Assembly: GCA_963827235.1 (NCBI GenBank)
Contig: CAWHAE010000020.1
Coordinates: 1-64,000 of the forward strand
From: an uncultured bacterium
GTDB lineage: Bacteria; Chloroflexota; UBA5177; JANWHV01
Length of the DNA: 64,000 bases
Direction: 5' to 3'
The notes beneath the pieces were generated by a model that was given only the letters and a program-made list of their open reading frames with translations, did no database searches and had not been told where the DNA came from. The translations under genes were made by a program, and so were the position numbers. The first letter of the stretch is position 1, and every line of letters starts with the position of its first letter. Of this stretch, positions 1 through 9,606 are shown one piece after another.

Positions 1-894
1 CGCCTGTTCGAGCAGGGCGGCCATAGCTTCTTCGACCCGGTGCCCGGGATCTTCACCCGTGGCAGCCCGCAGGATGCCGTAGTCCGAGGCAACGGCTTCC
101 AGGCAGCCGCGCTTGCCGCAGTTGCACGGCGGCGCGTCTGCGGAGGTATCGACGGTCATGTGGCCGAGCTCGCCGGCCCCGCCGTGCGCTCCACGGTATA
201 TCTCGCCCCCGACTACCAGGCCGAGACCTATGCCGCGGCCCACCGTGACCAGGATGAAGTCCTGAACGTCCTTGCCCGCGCCGAAGTGCCGCTCGGCCAC
301 TGCCAGCGTGTTGACGTCGTTGTCGACTCGCACCGGCATGCGCAGGCGATACTCCAGGGCCGGGCCGAGCTCCACGTTCGTCCAGTCGAGAATGGCGGAG
401 TAGCGGCAGAGTCCACGGGTAGAATCGATCAGGCCGGATATACCCACGCCGACGCCGAGCACCTCCCCGCGAACGACGCCGGCCTGCTCGATGCAGCACT
501 CGATTGCCTCGGCGATCAGCGTGACGGCCTGGAACGGCTCGGCGCCCGACGAGAGACATGCTTCGTAGCTGTGTACGACCGTACATGCAAGGTCGCACAG
601 TGCCACTGTCATACCGTCTTCGCGAATCTTTACGCCCACTACGTGACCGGCTGCCGGGTTGATGGTCAGATGTACCGGCCGGCGACCGCCGCTGGACTCC
701 TCGCTCTGCGTCTCGACCACCAGTCCTGCACGCACGAAATCGCCCACGATGCGCGTGATCGTGGCGGCCGGCAGGTTGCCTTCCCGGGCCACGTCCGTCC
801 TCGAGATGGGCGCGCGTGAGGCGATCAGATTGAGAACGATGCTGCGGTTCAGGTCGCGCAGCAGGCGCTTGCTACCGGTCCTCGTTGCAATCAT
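1..894 (-). CDS. ROK family transcriptional repressor (NagC/XylR-like), 3' end runs off window
   Basis: Not in the ORF track. Manual translation: MIATRTGSKRLLRDLNRSIVLNLI..ISRTDVAR (wHTH), GGRRP, VDNDVN, GRGIGLG, GAGELGH..CNCGKRGCLEA (ROK zinc motif). Confidence 0.93.
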   Translation of the reverse strand, partial: MIATRTGSKRLLRDLNRSIVLNLIASRAPISRTDVAREGNLPAATITRIVGDFVRAGLVVETQSEESSGGRRPVHLTINPAAGHVVGVKIREDGMTVALCDLACTVVHSYEACLSSGAEPFQAVTLIAEAIECCIEQAGVVRGEVLGVGVGISGLIDSTRGLCRYSAILDWTNVELGPALEYRLRMPVRVDNDVNTLAVAERHFGAGKDVQDFILVTVGRGIGLGLVVGGEIYRGAHGGAGELGHMTVDTSADAPPCNCGKRGCLEAVASDYGILRAATGEDPGHRVEEAMAALLEQA

Positions 895-896
895 GC

Positions 897-958
897 TTAC
901 TTATTTCATTATTATAAGTAACCTGACCCACTGTAACACCGTGCCTGAGCACTGTCAA
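897..958 (-). promoter_or_regulatory. Sigma70-type promoter and 25-bp palindromic operator of the ROK gene
   Basis: On minus: TTGACA (958-953), 17 bp, then TGn-TACAGT (935-930). Inverted repeat TTACTTAT-N9-ATAAGTAA at 897-921. Confidence 0.75.
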
Positions 959-1191
959 GATGTAGCCAGGAATGACAGGTTCAGTCCGCTTGGCACGCCG
1001 GCGTGCACTCCGCACCGTGGTCGGTGACAGCGGACGATCTATATTGCTCTGATGAAGCAAGTTCAACCGGTAATGGCTCGGCCCGCGCGTGGCTGCCGCA
1101 CACCGCCTGGCGCCCAGAGATATGGAACGACCCCGACCGGCTTTCGGTCGGGGTCGCTGGTTGCTCTCCTCGGAGCACCGAGACGCGGTGC

Positions 1192-2675
1192 TCAGGCCGG
1201 GCCGAGCGTGCCGCCGTTCGCCAGGGTGTACGTCTTTCTGCCCAGGTAGCTGTTTGCCGCCGCGCTCGTGTCATAGGTAACCGTGTGCCTGTTGCCCATG
1301 ATGTTGGTGATGGTCGATCCATGGATCACCGCGCCGCTCAGGCTGGTGAGGTGGGAATTCGCGGTGACCGACCACGTGCTGCTCGCGTCCAGGGTGAGGG
1401 AAATGCTCTTGGCCGTCTTGGCAGTGTTGACCGCGCCGCTCAGGGTCGAGTCCTGCAAGAGCTTGAGCGCGATCGTGCTGTAGCGGTCGGCTGTGACGCT
1501 TCCCTGCAATGTCTGGCTCTGGGCCGTCAGCAGGACGTTGCCGCCGTTGGAACCCTTGGTACCCCACTGGTCCGCCGCCGCGCTGACCAGCACGCCCGAG
1601 CCGCCCGAGAGTTTGACCTTCTGCAATGTGATCACGCCGGTTGAGTTAGTGACGTAGAAGAGACGGATAATCGGGCGCTGAGCGAGCCGCCGGTCATGCT
1701 GAACACGCCCTGCACGCCCTGGGCGTCTCCCGACATGCTCTGGTAGATCATTACCGCGGCATTCCTCGAGGCCGTGAGCTTGCTGTTCGTCACCTGGATG
1801 CTGTTACTGCCCTCGATGACGGCGGCCTCCGCGCCCTTGGCCACGACGGCAGCGCCTGAGATGGTGATGGTGCCGGTTGAGTACAGGCCGGGAGACCTGA
1901 ACCCGGAAGTCGTCAGGACGCCTCCTTTCACCGTGATGGTGCCGCCGCCACGGTCGGTAGCTACGGCCGCCGAGCTTGCACCCGCCGTGGAGATGGTCAC
2001 GTTAGTCGCCGTCAGACTGCCGCCGCCGCTGGCCATGATGCCGTGCGCGTACTGCCCGGTGGCGACGACGGAGCTGTTGGCCAGTGACACACGAGCACCG
2101 CTGCCGTAGGCGAAGACGCCGTTAGCTCCATCGCCGGTGGTAGACATGCTGCTGTCTGAGATGGCGACCTTGCCGGAACTATAGACCAGAACGCCGGCGT
2201 CGAGTCCATAGAAGCTGCTGCTGTCCGAGGAAGACGACTTGCTGCTGCTCTTGACCGTCGCGCCGCTGAGCGTCAGCGAGCCGCCGCCGGTGACCAGCAC
2301 CGGCGAGCGGTCGGTGCCGCTTGCCGTGTATACCTGATGCGATTGGGCGGCACTGCCGCTCTTGACCGCGTACGCGGCGGTACCGGTGAACTTCTGGCTC
2401 GTGCCGGTAGATCCGCCGGGAGGCGCTCCGCCCGGCGCGCTACCCGGTGCGCCGCCCGCCGGCGGAGTGCCGGACGGCGGGGCGCCGCTGCCTCCGCCCG
2501 GCCCTCCCGCCAGCGGCGTGGCCGAGGCACTGGCGGCGGCAGTAGTCGTCGCGGCGGCCTTGATTGACGAGTTCGCCTGGTGGGCCGAGGCGACGCCGGC
2601 CGTGCCGCTCACGGCGACACCGCCGGCAACGGCGATCACCGCGAGGCGGCGCTTCGTGCTTAGCTTGGTGTCCAT
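1192..2675 (-). pseudogene. Secreted Ser/Gly/Thr-rich beta-helix-like protein, split by a frameshift at ~1662-1674
   Basis: Signal-like N-terminus MDTKLSTKRRLAVIAVAGG after GAAAGGA, then a GAPP/GTPP linker and beta-helix-like repeats. ...GGSLSA in one frame continues as LFYVTNSTGVITLQKV in the frame of ORF 1192..1635. Could be a sequencing error. Confidence 0.75.
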
Positions 2676-2830
2676 GGACCTGGTCCTTTCAGTGCTGTGC
2701 AGCCGCGGTTGCCGCGGAGTGTATGTCGCGCTCCGACCGTGACACCAGTCGTCCTGCCGCCGAGTCGGGGCAGGGGACGACGGGCGTTCTCTCATCCTTG
2801 ATCACCGCTGCCACGTCCGTCTGTGACTAC

Positions 2831-2886
2831 ACCATAGGCGGCAATTCACAGAGTCCGGCAAGAGAATGGTGTGAAACTAGCAAGAA
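2831..2886 (-). promoter_or_regulatory. Four hexamer direct repeats at 11-bp period plus -10 box (OmpR/PhoB-type architecture)
   Basis: Minus strand TTCTTG-N5-TTCACA-N5-CTCTTG-N5-CTCTGT-N11-TATGGT; same geometry as 43841-43896. Confidence 0.55.
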
Positions 2887-3006
2887 ATGCCGCAGAGTTT
2901 GCTAAGTGGCTTGCCGGTGCGGTCCCACTGCTCCGCGCACCGGCAACCGCTGAACCGCATATCATCTCATCCAGAGCACGATGATCTTGCGCTCGAGACA
3001 GCGTAG

Positions 3007-3813
3007 TTGAACCAAGCCACGACCGAGCCGCGGAGCATGCGCGAGGCCGTGGATGCCTGCCGGAACGTCGGCATTCCCTCGATTGGCCTCTGGCGCCACA
3101 AGGTCTCCGAGACGGGGATCGAGACTCCGGCTCATCTGGTACGCGAGGTAGGGCTGAGCGTCTCCGGCCTGTGCCGTGGAGGCATGTTTCCCGCCGCGAC
3201 CGCCTCGGAGCGCCGGACCAGGATCGAGGACAATCTTCGCGCGGCCGACGAGGCCGCTGCGCTGGGCGCTCCGGTCCTGGTGCTCGTGTGCGGCGCGGCG
3301 CCGGACAGGGACATCGCAGGCGCGCGTGCCATGATCGAGGACGGGATCGCCGCCATACTCCCGTACGGGGAGGAGCGCCGCATTATGCTCGGCATCGAGC
3401 CGCTGCACCCGATGTTCGCCGCCGAGCGATCGGCAATCGTAACCCTGTCGCAGGCGCTCGGCATCGCCGAGCGTTTGGCCTCGCCATGGGTGGGCGCGGT
3501 GATCGATACCTATCACGTTTGGTGGGATCCCGAGCTCTACACGCAGATCTCTCGCGCGGCAGGGCGCATAGCAGGATTTCACCTCAACGACTGGATCGAG
3601 CCGTTGGGAGATCGGCTGCACGGGCGCGGCATGATGGGAGACGGTGTGATCGATCTGGCCCGCATCGCGCGCGCGGTCGACGACGCCGGATACTGTGGTC
3701 CTATCGAGGTCGAGATCTTCAACCGCACGATATGGGACATGCCGGTCGACCAGGTCCTGGCGCGGATCAAGCAGCGCTACCTCGCGCTGGCCAGTCCATC
3801 ACCGGCGGTCTGA
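3007..3813 (+). CDS. Sugar phosphate isomerase/epimerase (xylose-isomerase-like TIM barrel)
   Basis: LNQATT, GLCRGG, IEPLHPM, DTYHVWWD, FHLNDW, RGMMGDGVID, EVEIFN motifs. Start uncertain: an in-frame TAG lies at 3004-3006. Confidence 0.88.
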   Translation: MNQATTEPRSMREAVDACRNVGIPSIGLWRHKVSETGIETPAHLVREVGLSVSGLCRGGMFPAATASERRTRIEDNLRAADEAAALGAPVLVLVCGAAPDRDIAGARAMIEDGIAAILPYGEERRIMLGIEPLHPMFAAERSAIVTLSQALGIAERLASPWVGAVIDTYHVWWDPELYTQISRAAGRIAGFHLNDWIEPLGDRLHGRGMMGDGVIDLARIARAVDDAGYCGPIEVEIFNRTIWDMPVDQVLARIKQRYLALASPSPAV

Positions 3814-3913
3814 GCCAGCAACCGTAGGGCGGTCCGCACCGGACCAGATGAAGCGCTCCACGGCGTGACGTTGCTCTGGCCCGGCACGGTCGAGGCATTG
3901 TCGCGCCTTGCGC

Positions 3914-4672
3914 TCAGGATTTCCGCATCGCCGTTATCATCGCGCACGGTATCGTGAACGATGCCCCGCCGGGCGCGATGTTCATGGCGATTCTTGCCGG
4001 TGCCGGCGCGTCGAGCAGCATGTGCCTGGCTGCGGACCGTCTCCACCTCGCCGGGGCCAATCGATTGAGCCAGGTCGTGGTGTCCAGGTCGACGCGCCAC
4101 GGCCTGACGGCGGTCACGCGGAATCCCACGTTCTCCAGGCAAGCGGTCCAGGCGGCGACCGTGGCATTGCGCACGTGGCTGGGGTCGCGCAGCAGCTCGA
4201 GTGCGTTCAAGTAGGTATCCAGCGCCGCGTCGTCGAACCCTACGCTATCGCTCAGCACGAAGGGCGCACCCGGCTTCAGGACGCGGGCAATCTCCGCGAC
4301 GGCGGCGGATGGTTGGGACCAGTGGTGGGCGCTATAGCGCGTGCAGGCGGCGTCGAAGGAGTAGTCGGCAAAGGGCAGGTTGCTCACGCCGGCGCGCACG
4401 AAGTCGACGTTGGTCGTTCCCCGAGATGATGCCATCTCGGCTGCCACCCCCAACATATGCTCGGCCAGATCGACCGCCGTGACGCTTGCCACGTGGGGCG
4501 CCACCGTCACCGCGGTGTGCCCGGCGCCGGTGCCGGCATCCAGCACTCTCCAGGACGGCTTCGGCTGCAGCGCCACCGCCAGCCACTCCAGGTCGGCACC
4601 TCTCGCGTGGACGGTGCTCGAAGCGTAGGCACGCGCCACGCGGTTGAACTGGACTTCTGCGGACGAGTTCAT
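3914..4672 (-). CDS. Class I SAM-dependent methyltransferase (YcgJ/UbiE-like)
   Basis: VLDAGTGAGHT, LPFADYSFD, AHHW, ARVLKPG, RDPSHVR; AGGAGG upstream of ATG 4672. Confidence 0.9.
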   Translation of the reverse strand: MNSSAEVQFNRVARAYASSTVHARGADLEWLAVALQPKPSWRVLDAGTGAGHTAVTVAPHVASVTAVDLAEHMLGVAAEMASSRGTTNVDFVRAGVSNLPFADYSFDAACTRYSAHHWSQPSAAVAEIARVLKPGAPFVLSDSVGFDDAALDTYLNALELLRDPSHVRNATVAAWTACLENVGFRVTAVRPWRVDLDTTTWLNRLAPARWRRSAARHMLLDAPAPARIAMNIAPGGASFTIPCAMITAMRKS

Positions 4673-5087
4673 CGAGCATTTCCTCCTGAGTGAGTAGCCA
4701 ACGGTGTGGTCGGTTTTCGTCGCCTGCTCGCGGACCGCTCCCTCTTGACCGCCCGGCTGCTGGCTCCCTGGTCGGTTTCCCTGCCCAATCATCGTACGAC
4801 TCTCGCCCTATGCTTGCAATGCATCGCTTACTATCAATTCCATAGCTAGATACTATATCAGCAGGAACTTGACTGCTGCTGCCGGTGGAACACCCGACCC
4901 GGACCGTGGGCGGTACTCGAGCAGCGGTTTCGTGCGCGCACAAACGGCCGGCACACAGGCTTCTCGGCGCCGTGACGGTATTGCTCACTTAACGATCGCG
5001 GCAAACGGGCGGCCAGGGTGCAGGTGGCTCCCGGGCTTGGCGGCCAGGCGCCGCTCAGTGATTCGAACGGCGCCGCTTCGCGCAGGC

Positions 5088-5152
5088 TTGACAGGCGAGG
5101 AGGTCTCGCCTATAGTAGCATTCGAACCGGTTAGATTCTAACCGGTTCGAAT
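5088..5152 (+). promoter_or_regulatory. Promoter with tandem LacI-type operators
   Basis: TTGACA 5088-5093, 17 bp, TATAGT 5111-5116. 33-bp palindrome ATTCGAACCGGTTAGA-T-TCTAACCGGTTCGAAT at 5120-5152 with two AACCGGTT cores. Confidence 0.85.
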
Positions 5153-5177
5153 AGGAATCTCAAGAGGCGACGCGTCT

Positions 5178-6203
5178 ATGGCCACGATATATGACGTTGC
5201 GCGGGCCGCAGGAGTGACCGCTGCCACCGTTTCGGTGGCGCTATCCGGGCGCGGGGTGGTCAACCGCAAGACGCGCGAGCACATCCTGCGTTGCGCGCAA
5301 GAGCTGGGCTACCGGCCCAACTTGGTGGCGCGGAGTCTTACTACCGGCCAGACGCGGACCATAGGGTTGGTGATGTTCGACATCACAAATCCGTTCTACG
5401 GCGAGGTGGCGCTGGCAGTCGAGCAGACTGCGCTGCGCGCGGGCTATCGTGTCGCATTCGCCAACACCATGGGTGATCCGTCGCTGGGAGCAGACCTGCT
5501 GGAAGAGTTGGCGGCCCGCCAGATGGACGGGATTATCGCTATGGCCGGTGGACTGAGCGGCGAAGCGGTGCGCGCCACGGCCGCCAGCGGGGTCCCGGTC
5601 GTGCCATGCATGTGGGACGAGGACGAAGAACACGGTCTGCTGACCAGCGTGGGCATCGACTTTGCCTCGGCCGCGACGCAGGTTGCCGATCACCTTGTCG
5701 ATCTCGGGCATCGGCGCATCGCCATCGTGGCCACGAGCACCCATGACGACTCGAAGATGCGGATTCGCGAGTCGGCGTTTCGCGACCGGCTGGTGGAGCT
5801 TGGTGTGCCCATAGAACCGGCGCTCTGGTACAAGGCTCACGACACGCTCGAGACCGGCTACCAGGGCGGGCGGTACCTGCTCTCGCTGGACGAGCCGCCG
5901 TCGGCGATCTTCGCCGCGAACGACATGATGGCCATTGCCGTGATGGCGGCGGCGCGGGAGCTGGGGGTCGACGTTCCCGGCGGGCTCTCGGTGGTCGGGT
6001 TCGACGACATCGGAATGGCGCGTTACGTGTCGCCGCCGCTGACCACCATTCATATCGAGAAGTCGGAGCTGATGAGGCTGGCGACGGAGCTCTTGCTCAA
6101 GCTGATCGCCGGTGGGGAGACCCCGGGACCCGTATTCATTGTACCCGCGCTCGTAGTCCGGGAATCGACCGCACCGCCTGCTCGCGACTCTGAAAGGAGG
6201 TGA
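5178..6203 (+). CDS. LacI family transcriptional regulator
   Basis: TIYDVARAAGVTAATVS HTH, LGYRPN, SVVGFDD, PPLTTI, LVVREST. Confidence 0.96.
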   Translation: MATIYDVARAAGVTAATVSVALSGRGVVNRKTREHILRCAQELGYRPNLVARSLTTGQTRTIGLVMFDITNPFYGEVALAVEQTALRAGYRVAFANTMGDPSLGADLLEELAARQMDGIIAMAGGLSGEAVRATAASGVPVVPCMWDEDEEHGLLTSVGIDFASAATQVADHLVDLGHRRIAIVATSTHDDSKMRIRESAFRDRLVELGVPIEPALWYKAHDTLETGYQGGRYLLSLDEPPSAIFAANDMMAIAVMAAARELGVDVPGGLSVVGFDDIGMARYVSPPLTTIHIEKSELMRLATELLLKLIAGGETPGPVFIVPALVVRESTAPPARDSERR

Positions 6204-6303
6204 ATCGGAGAATCCTCGACGAAGTCGGCGCCCTTGAAGTCATATGCTGATCTTCGCAGGCACACAGAGAGTCCTCAGCACTAGTCGATCTGGGAGAATC
6301 GAA

Positions 6304-7608
6304 ATGCTACAACGCTCAGCGCTGGCAACGTTCGTCCGTGCCGCTGTCGTGGCCGTGCTCCTCGCGACGACACTTACGGCTGGTACCACCCACGCGACCC
6401 CGGCCAAGGCGCCCGTGAATATCACCTTCTGGTCCTGGGTGCCTCATCTCCAGGACGAAGTGACCATGTTCAACAACTCGCACTCGGACGTCCACGTTAC
6501 CCTCGTCAATGCCGGCCAGGGGCAGGCCGAGTACACCAAGCTGCAAACGGCGTTGAAGGCCGGCAAGGGCGCGCCCGACGTGGTGCAGATTGAGTTCCAG
6601 TACATCCCGAGCTACGTGATCCAGAACTACCTGGTGGACCTGGCACCCCTGGGCGCCAGCGCCTACAAGAAGGACTTCGTGCCCTGGACATGGGACCAGG
6701 TAAGCCAGGGCGCTCACGTGTGGGCAATACCGCAGGACAGCGGTCCCATGGCTCTGCTTTACCGGACCGACATCTTCGCCCAATATCACCTGGCGGTGCC
6801 CGCTACATGGGATCAGTACCAGCAGGACGCGGTGGCGCTGCACAAGGCCAATCCCAAGCTCTACATGACCGAGTTCGCCGCCAATGACGGCGGCTGGTTC
6901 AACTCCTTCCTCTGGCAGGCCGGCGTGCGCCCGTTCAAGGTGAACGGCACCACGCTCTCGATTGACATCAACTCCGCTGCCGCGCTGAAGGTCGCCAATT
7001 ACTGGGGAGGCATGGTCAAGGCGGGCGTGCTCTCCACCATACCGGACTTCTCCACCGATTGGTACACGTCGCTGGCCAACGGCACTATCGCTTCCTGGGT
7101 CACCGCCGGATGGGGACCGGTATTCCTGAGCGGTCAGGCGGCCAAGACCACCGGGAAGTGGCGCGCCGCGCCGTTGCCTCAATGGACTGCCGGTGCGCAG
7201 GCATCGGCTAACTGGGGCGGCTCAACGGATGCGGTGACCGCGCAGACCAAGTACTCGAAGCAGGCGGCGGAGTTCGCCATCTGGCTGAACGACAACTTGC
7301 AGTCTGCTTCGAAGCTCGCCTCTGAGCAGTTCCTCTTCCCCGTGGTCGAGGGAGTGTTCAAGACGCCGGCATTCAATGGTCCGCAGGCGTTCTACGGGGG
7401 CCAGAAGGTCAACGCCATCTTCGCCAATGCCTCGAATCACGTCGACCTGGGCTTCCAGTGGAGCCCCTTCCAGTCCTACACGTACACCCAGATGCAGAAC
7501 AACCTGGGTGACGCGGTGGCCGGCAAGATCTCCTGGTCGGACGCCATGAACAAGCTACAGAGCACCCTGGTAACCTACGCCAAGAGCCAGGGCTTCACGG
7601 TCCAATAG
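6304..7608 (+). CDS. Sugar ABC transporter substrate-binding protein
   Basis: Signal peptide, ITFWSW, GAPDVVQIE, IPQDSGPMALLYRTD, NWGGS; followed by two permeases. Confidence 0.93.
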   Translation: MLQRSALATFVRAAVVAVLLATTLTAGTTHATPAKAPVNITFWSWVPHLQDEVTMFNNSHSDVHVTLVNAGQGQAEYTKLQTALKAGKGAPDVVQIEFQYIPSYVIQNYLVDLAPLGASAYKKDFVPWTWDQVSQGAHVWAIPQDSGPMALLYRTDIFAQYHLAVPATWDQYQQDAVALHKANPKLYMTEFAANDGGWFNSFLWQAGVRPFKVNGTTLSIDINSAAALKVANYWGGMVKAGVLSTIPDFSTDWYTSLANGTIASWVTAGWGPVFLSGQAAKTTGKWRAAPLPQWTAGAQASANWGGSTDAVTAQTKYSKQAAEFAIWLNDNLQSASKLASEQFLFPVVEGVFKTPAFNGPQAFYGGQKVNAIFANASNHVDLGFQWSPFQSYTYTQMQNNLGDAVAGKISWSDAMNKLQSTLVTYAKSQGFTVQ

Positions 7609-7624
7609 CGTCGGCTTGGCAGCA

Positions 7625-7661
7625 GCCCGGTGAAGCGCGCGTTTGGCTCGCTTCACCGGGC
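7625..7661 (+). terminator. Intergenic stem-loop after the SBP gene (partial terminator or mRNA stabiliser)
   Basis: GCCCGGTGAAGCG-N11-CGCTTCACCGGGC, perfect 13-bp stem with no U-tract. Confidence 0.55.
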
Positions 7662-7704
7662 CAACACCCGGCAGCGCTTCGAGCATGCCGGCCTGGAGTG
7701 TCGC

Positions 7705-8655
7705 ATGGAGCAGCCAATCGTGGCAGAGCGAGTGCCGCCGTCACTCCCCGGAGGCGGTATGCGGCGCGGGGGCTGGAGACGGCGGTTTGTGCGCAACGTC
7801 GGCCTGCCGTACCTTTTTCTCTCGCCCTATCTGATCCTCTTCGCCATCTTCTTTGTCGTACCTCTGGTCTATGCCTTCCACCTCAGCCTCTACGTGACGA
7901 GGTTGGTGGGAGGCACGGTCTTTGTTGGGGCCGATAACTACAAGCAGGTATTCCAGGACAGCAACTTCCTCGAGGGCGTGAGGCGCATGTTCATCTTCGG
8001 CCTCTTCCAGGTGCCGATCATGCTCGGACTCGCCCTGATCTTCGCTCTGCTCCTCGACGGCAAGTCCGTGGTTCTCCGGCCCCTGTTCCGGTTGGGCTTC
8101 TTCCTTCCATACGCGATCCCCAGCGTGGTCGCTGCGCTGCTGTGGGGATACCTCTATGGCCGGAACTTTGGCCTTTTCGGCTATATCGCCAACTGGGCAG
8201 GCCTGCCCAGGCCCGACTTTCTCAGCGATTCCGGCATGCTTCCTTCTATCGCCAACATCGTGACCTGGCAATGGACCGGCTACAACATGGTGATAATCTA
8301 CGCCGCCCTGACGGCGATTCCTGCCGAGCTGTATGACGCTGCCACGGTGGACGGCGCCAACGGCTGGCAGGTGGCTCGCTACGTGAAGATACCGCTGGTG
8401 TTGCCGGCGCTCGTGTTGACTACGATCTTCTCGATCATCGGCACGCTGCAGTTGTTCAACGAGCCCTCGATCATGAACCAGCTCGCGCCCGGCGTCATCC
8501 AGGACCACTACACGCCGAATCTCTACGCCTACAACCTGGCCTTCACGAACCAGCAATACAACTACTCCGCGGCAGTGTCGTTCGTGCTGGGTGCCGTGGC
8601 GTTCGTGGCCTCTTACGTGTTTATGCTGGCAGTCAACCGGGGGAGGACGTCATGA
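7705..8655 (+). CDS. Carbohydrate ABC permease (MalF-like)
   Basis: Multiple TM segments; IPAELYDAATVDGA EAA loop. Confidence 0.94.
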   Translation: MEQPIVAERVPPSLPGGGMRRGGWRRRFVRNVGLPYLFLSPYLILFAIFFVVPLVYAFHLSLYVTRLVGGTVFVGADNYKQVFQDSNFLEGVRRMFIFGLFQVPIMLGLALIFALLLDGKSVVLRPLFRLGFFLPYAIPSVVAALLWGYLYGRNFGLFGYIANWAGLPRPDFLSDSGMLPSIANIVTWQWTGYNMVIIYAALTAIPAELYDAATVDGANGWQVARYVKIPLVLPALVLTTIFSIIGTLQLFNEPSIMNQLAPGVIQDHYTPNLYAYNLAFTNQQYNYSAAVSFVLGAVAFVASYVFMLAVNRGRTS

Positions 8656-9569
8656 GCGCCCCTGTTCCTTCCGACGCACCGGCGCTGGAGCAGCTCCCGG
8701 CGGAGACGCGGAGCAGGAAAGGCTACTGGACCGCGCGTACGCTGACCATGGTGTTTCTCTTCCTGTTCCTGATCTACTTCCTCTTGCCCCTGTTTTGGCT
8801 GATCATCTCCAGCACCAAGAGCGACGCGGACCTGTTCTCCAGCTTCGGCCTCTGGTTCGGCGCCGAGTTCAACCTGTTCACCAACATTCACGACCTGTTC
8901 ACGCACGATGGCGGCGTGTACAGGGAGTGGCTCTGGAATACTGCGTATTACGCGACGTGCAGCGCCGTGGGCTCCGCGCTGATCGCCACGATCGCGGGCT
9001 ACACCTTCGCCAAGTTCCGTTTTCCGGGCCGGAACGTCGTGTTTGCCATGGTGCTGGGATCCATTCTGATCCCGTTGACATCGCTGGCCATTCCCACGTA
9101 CCTGCTTCTCAGCAACATCGGGCTGATCGACACCCCGTTGGCGGTCATCCTGCCCTCGCTGGTGAATCCCTTCGGCGTGTACTTGATGCGCGTCTACACC
9201 GAGCAGGCGCTGCCCGACGAGCTGCTCGACGCCGCGCGCGTGGACGGCGCCAACGAGATCCGCATCTTCGTCAGCGTCGTCATGCGCATCGTGGGACCGG
9301 GATTCGTAACCGTGCTCCTGCTGTCGTTTGTAGGTACCTGGAACAACTACTTCCTTCCCCTGGTCGTGCTCAGCAAGCCGGACTACTATCCGCTCACTGT
9401 CGGGCTGGCCACGTGGAACTCGCTGGCGAGCTCCGGTGGCGGATCGCAGGTCCTGTTCAGCATTGTTTTGACCGGCGCTCTCGTTGCTGTCGTGCCCCTG
9501 ATCGCTGCCTTCCTCTTGCTGCAGCGCTATTGGCAGAGCGGCCTGACGCTGGGTGGCGTAAAGGCGTAG
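8652..9569 (+). CDS. Carbohydrate ABC permease (MalG-like)
   Basis: LPDELLDAARVDGA, WNNYFLP, QRYWQSGLTLGGVK; ATGA overlap with the previous gene. Confidence 0.94.
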   Translation: MSAPVPSDAPALEQLPAETRSRKGYWTARTLTMVFLFLFLIYFLLPLFWLIISSTKSDADLFSSFGLWFGAEFNLFTNIHDLFTHDGGVYREWLWNTAYYATCSAVGSALIATIAGYTFAKFRFPGRNVVFAMVLGSILIPLTSLAIPTYLLLSNIGLIDTPLAVILPSLVNPFGVYLMRVYTEQALPDELLDAARVDGANEIRIFVSVVMRIVGPGFVTVLLLSFVGTWNNYFLPLVVLSKPDYYPLTVGLATWNSLASSGGGSQVLFSIVLTGALVAVVPLIAAFLLLQRYWQSGLTLGGVKA

Positions 9570-9606
9570 GGCCTCCGGCAGTGGCTGGACGGCAGAGGGT
9601 GGAGAC

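Noticed and set aside
4690-4860. Possible riboswitch or LysR box (CTAT-N7-ATAG; repeated AAACCGACCA) upstream of the methyltransferase
   Set aside because: No recognisable SAM or other aptamer consensus; the region is also an open in-frame extension. Needs an Rfam scan.
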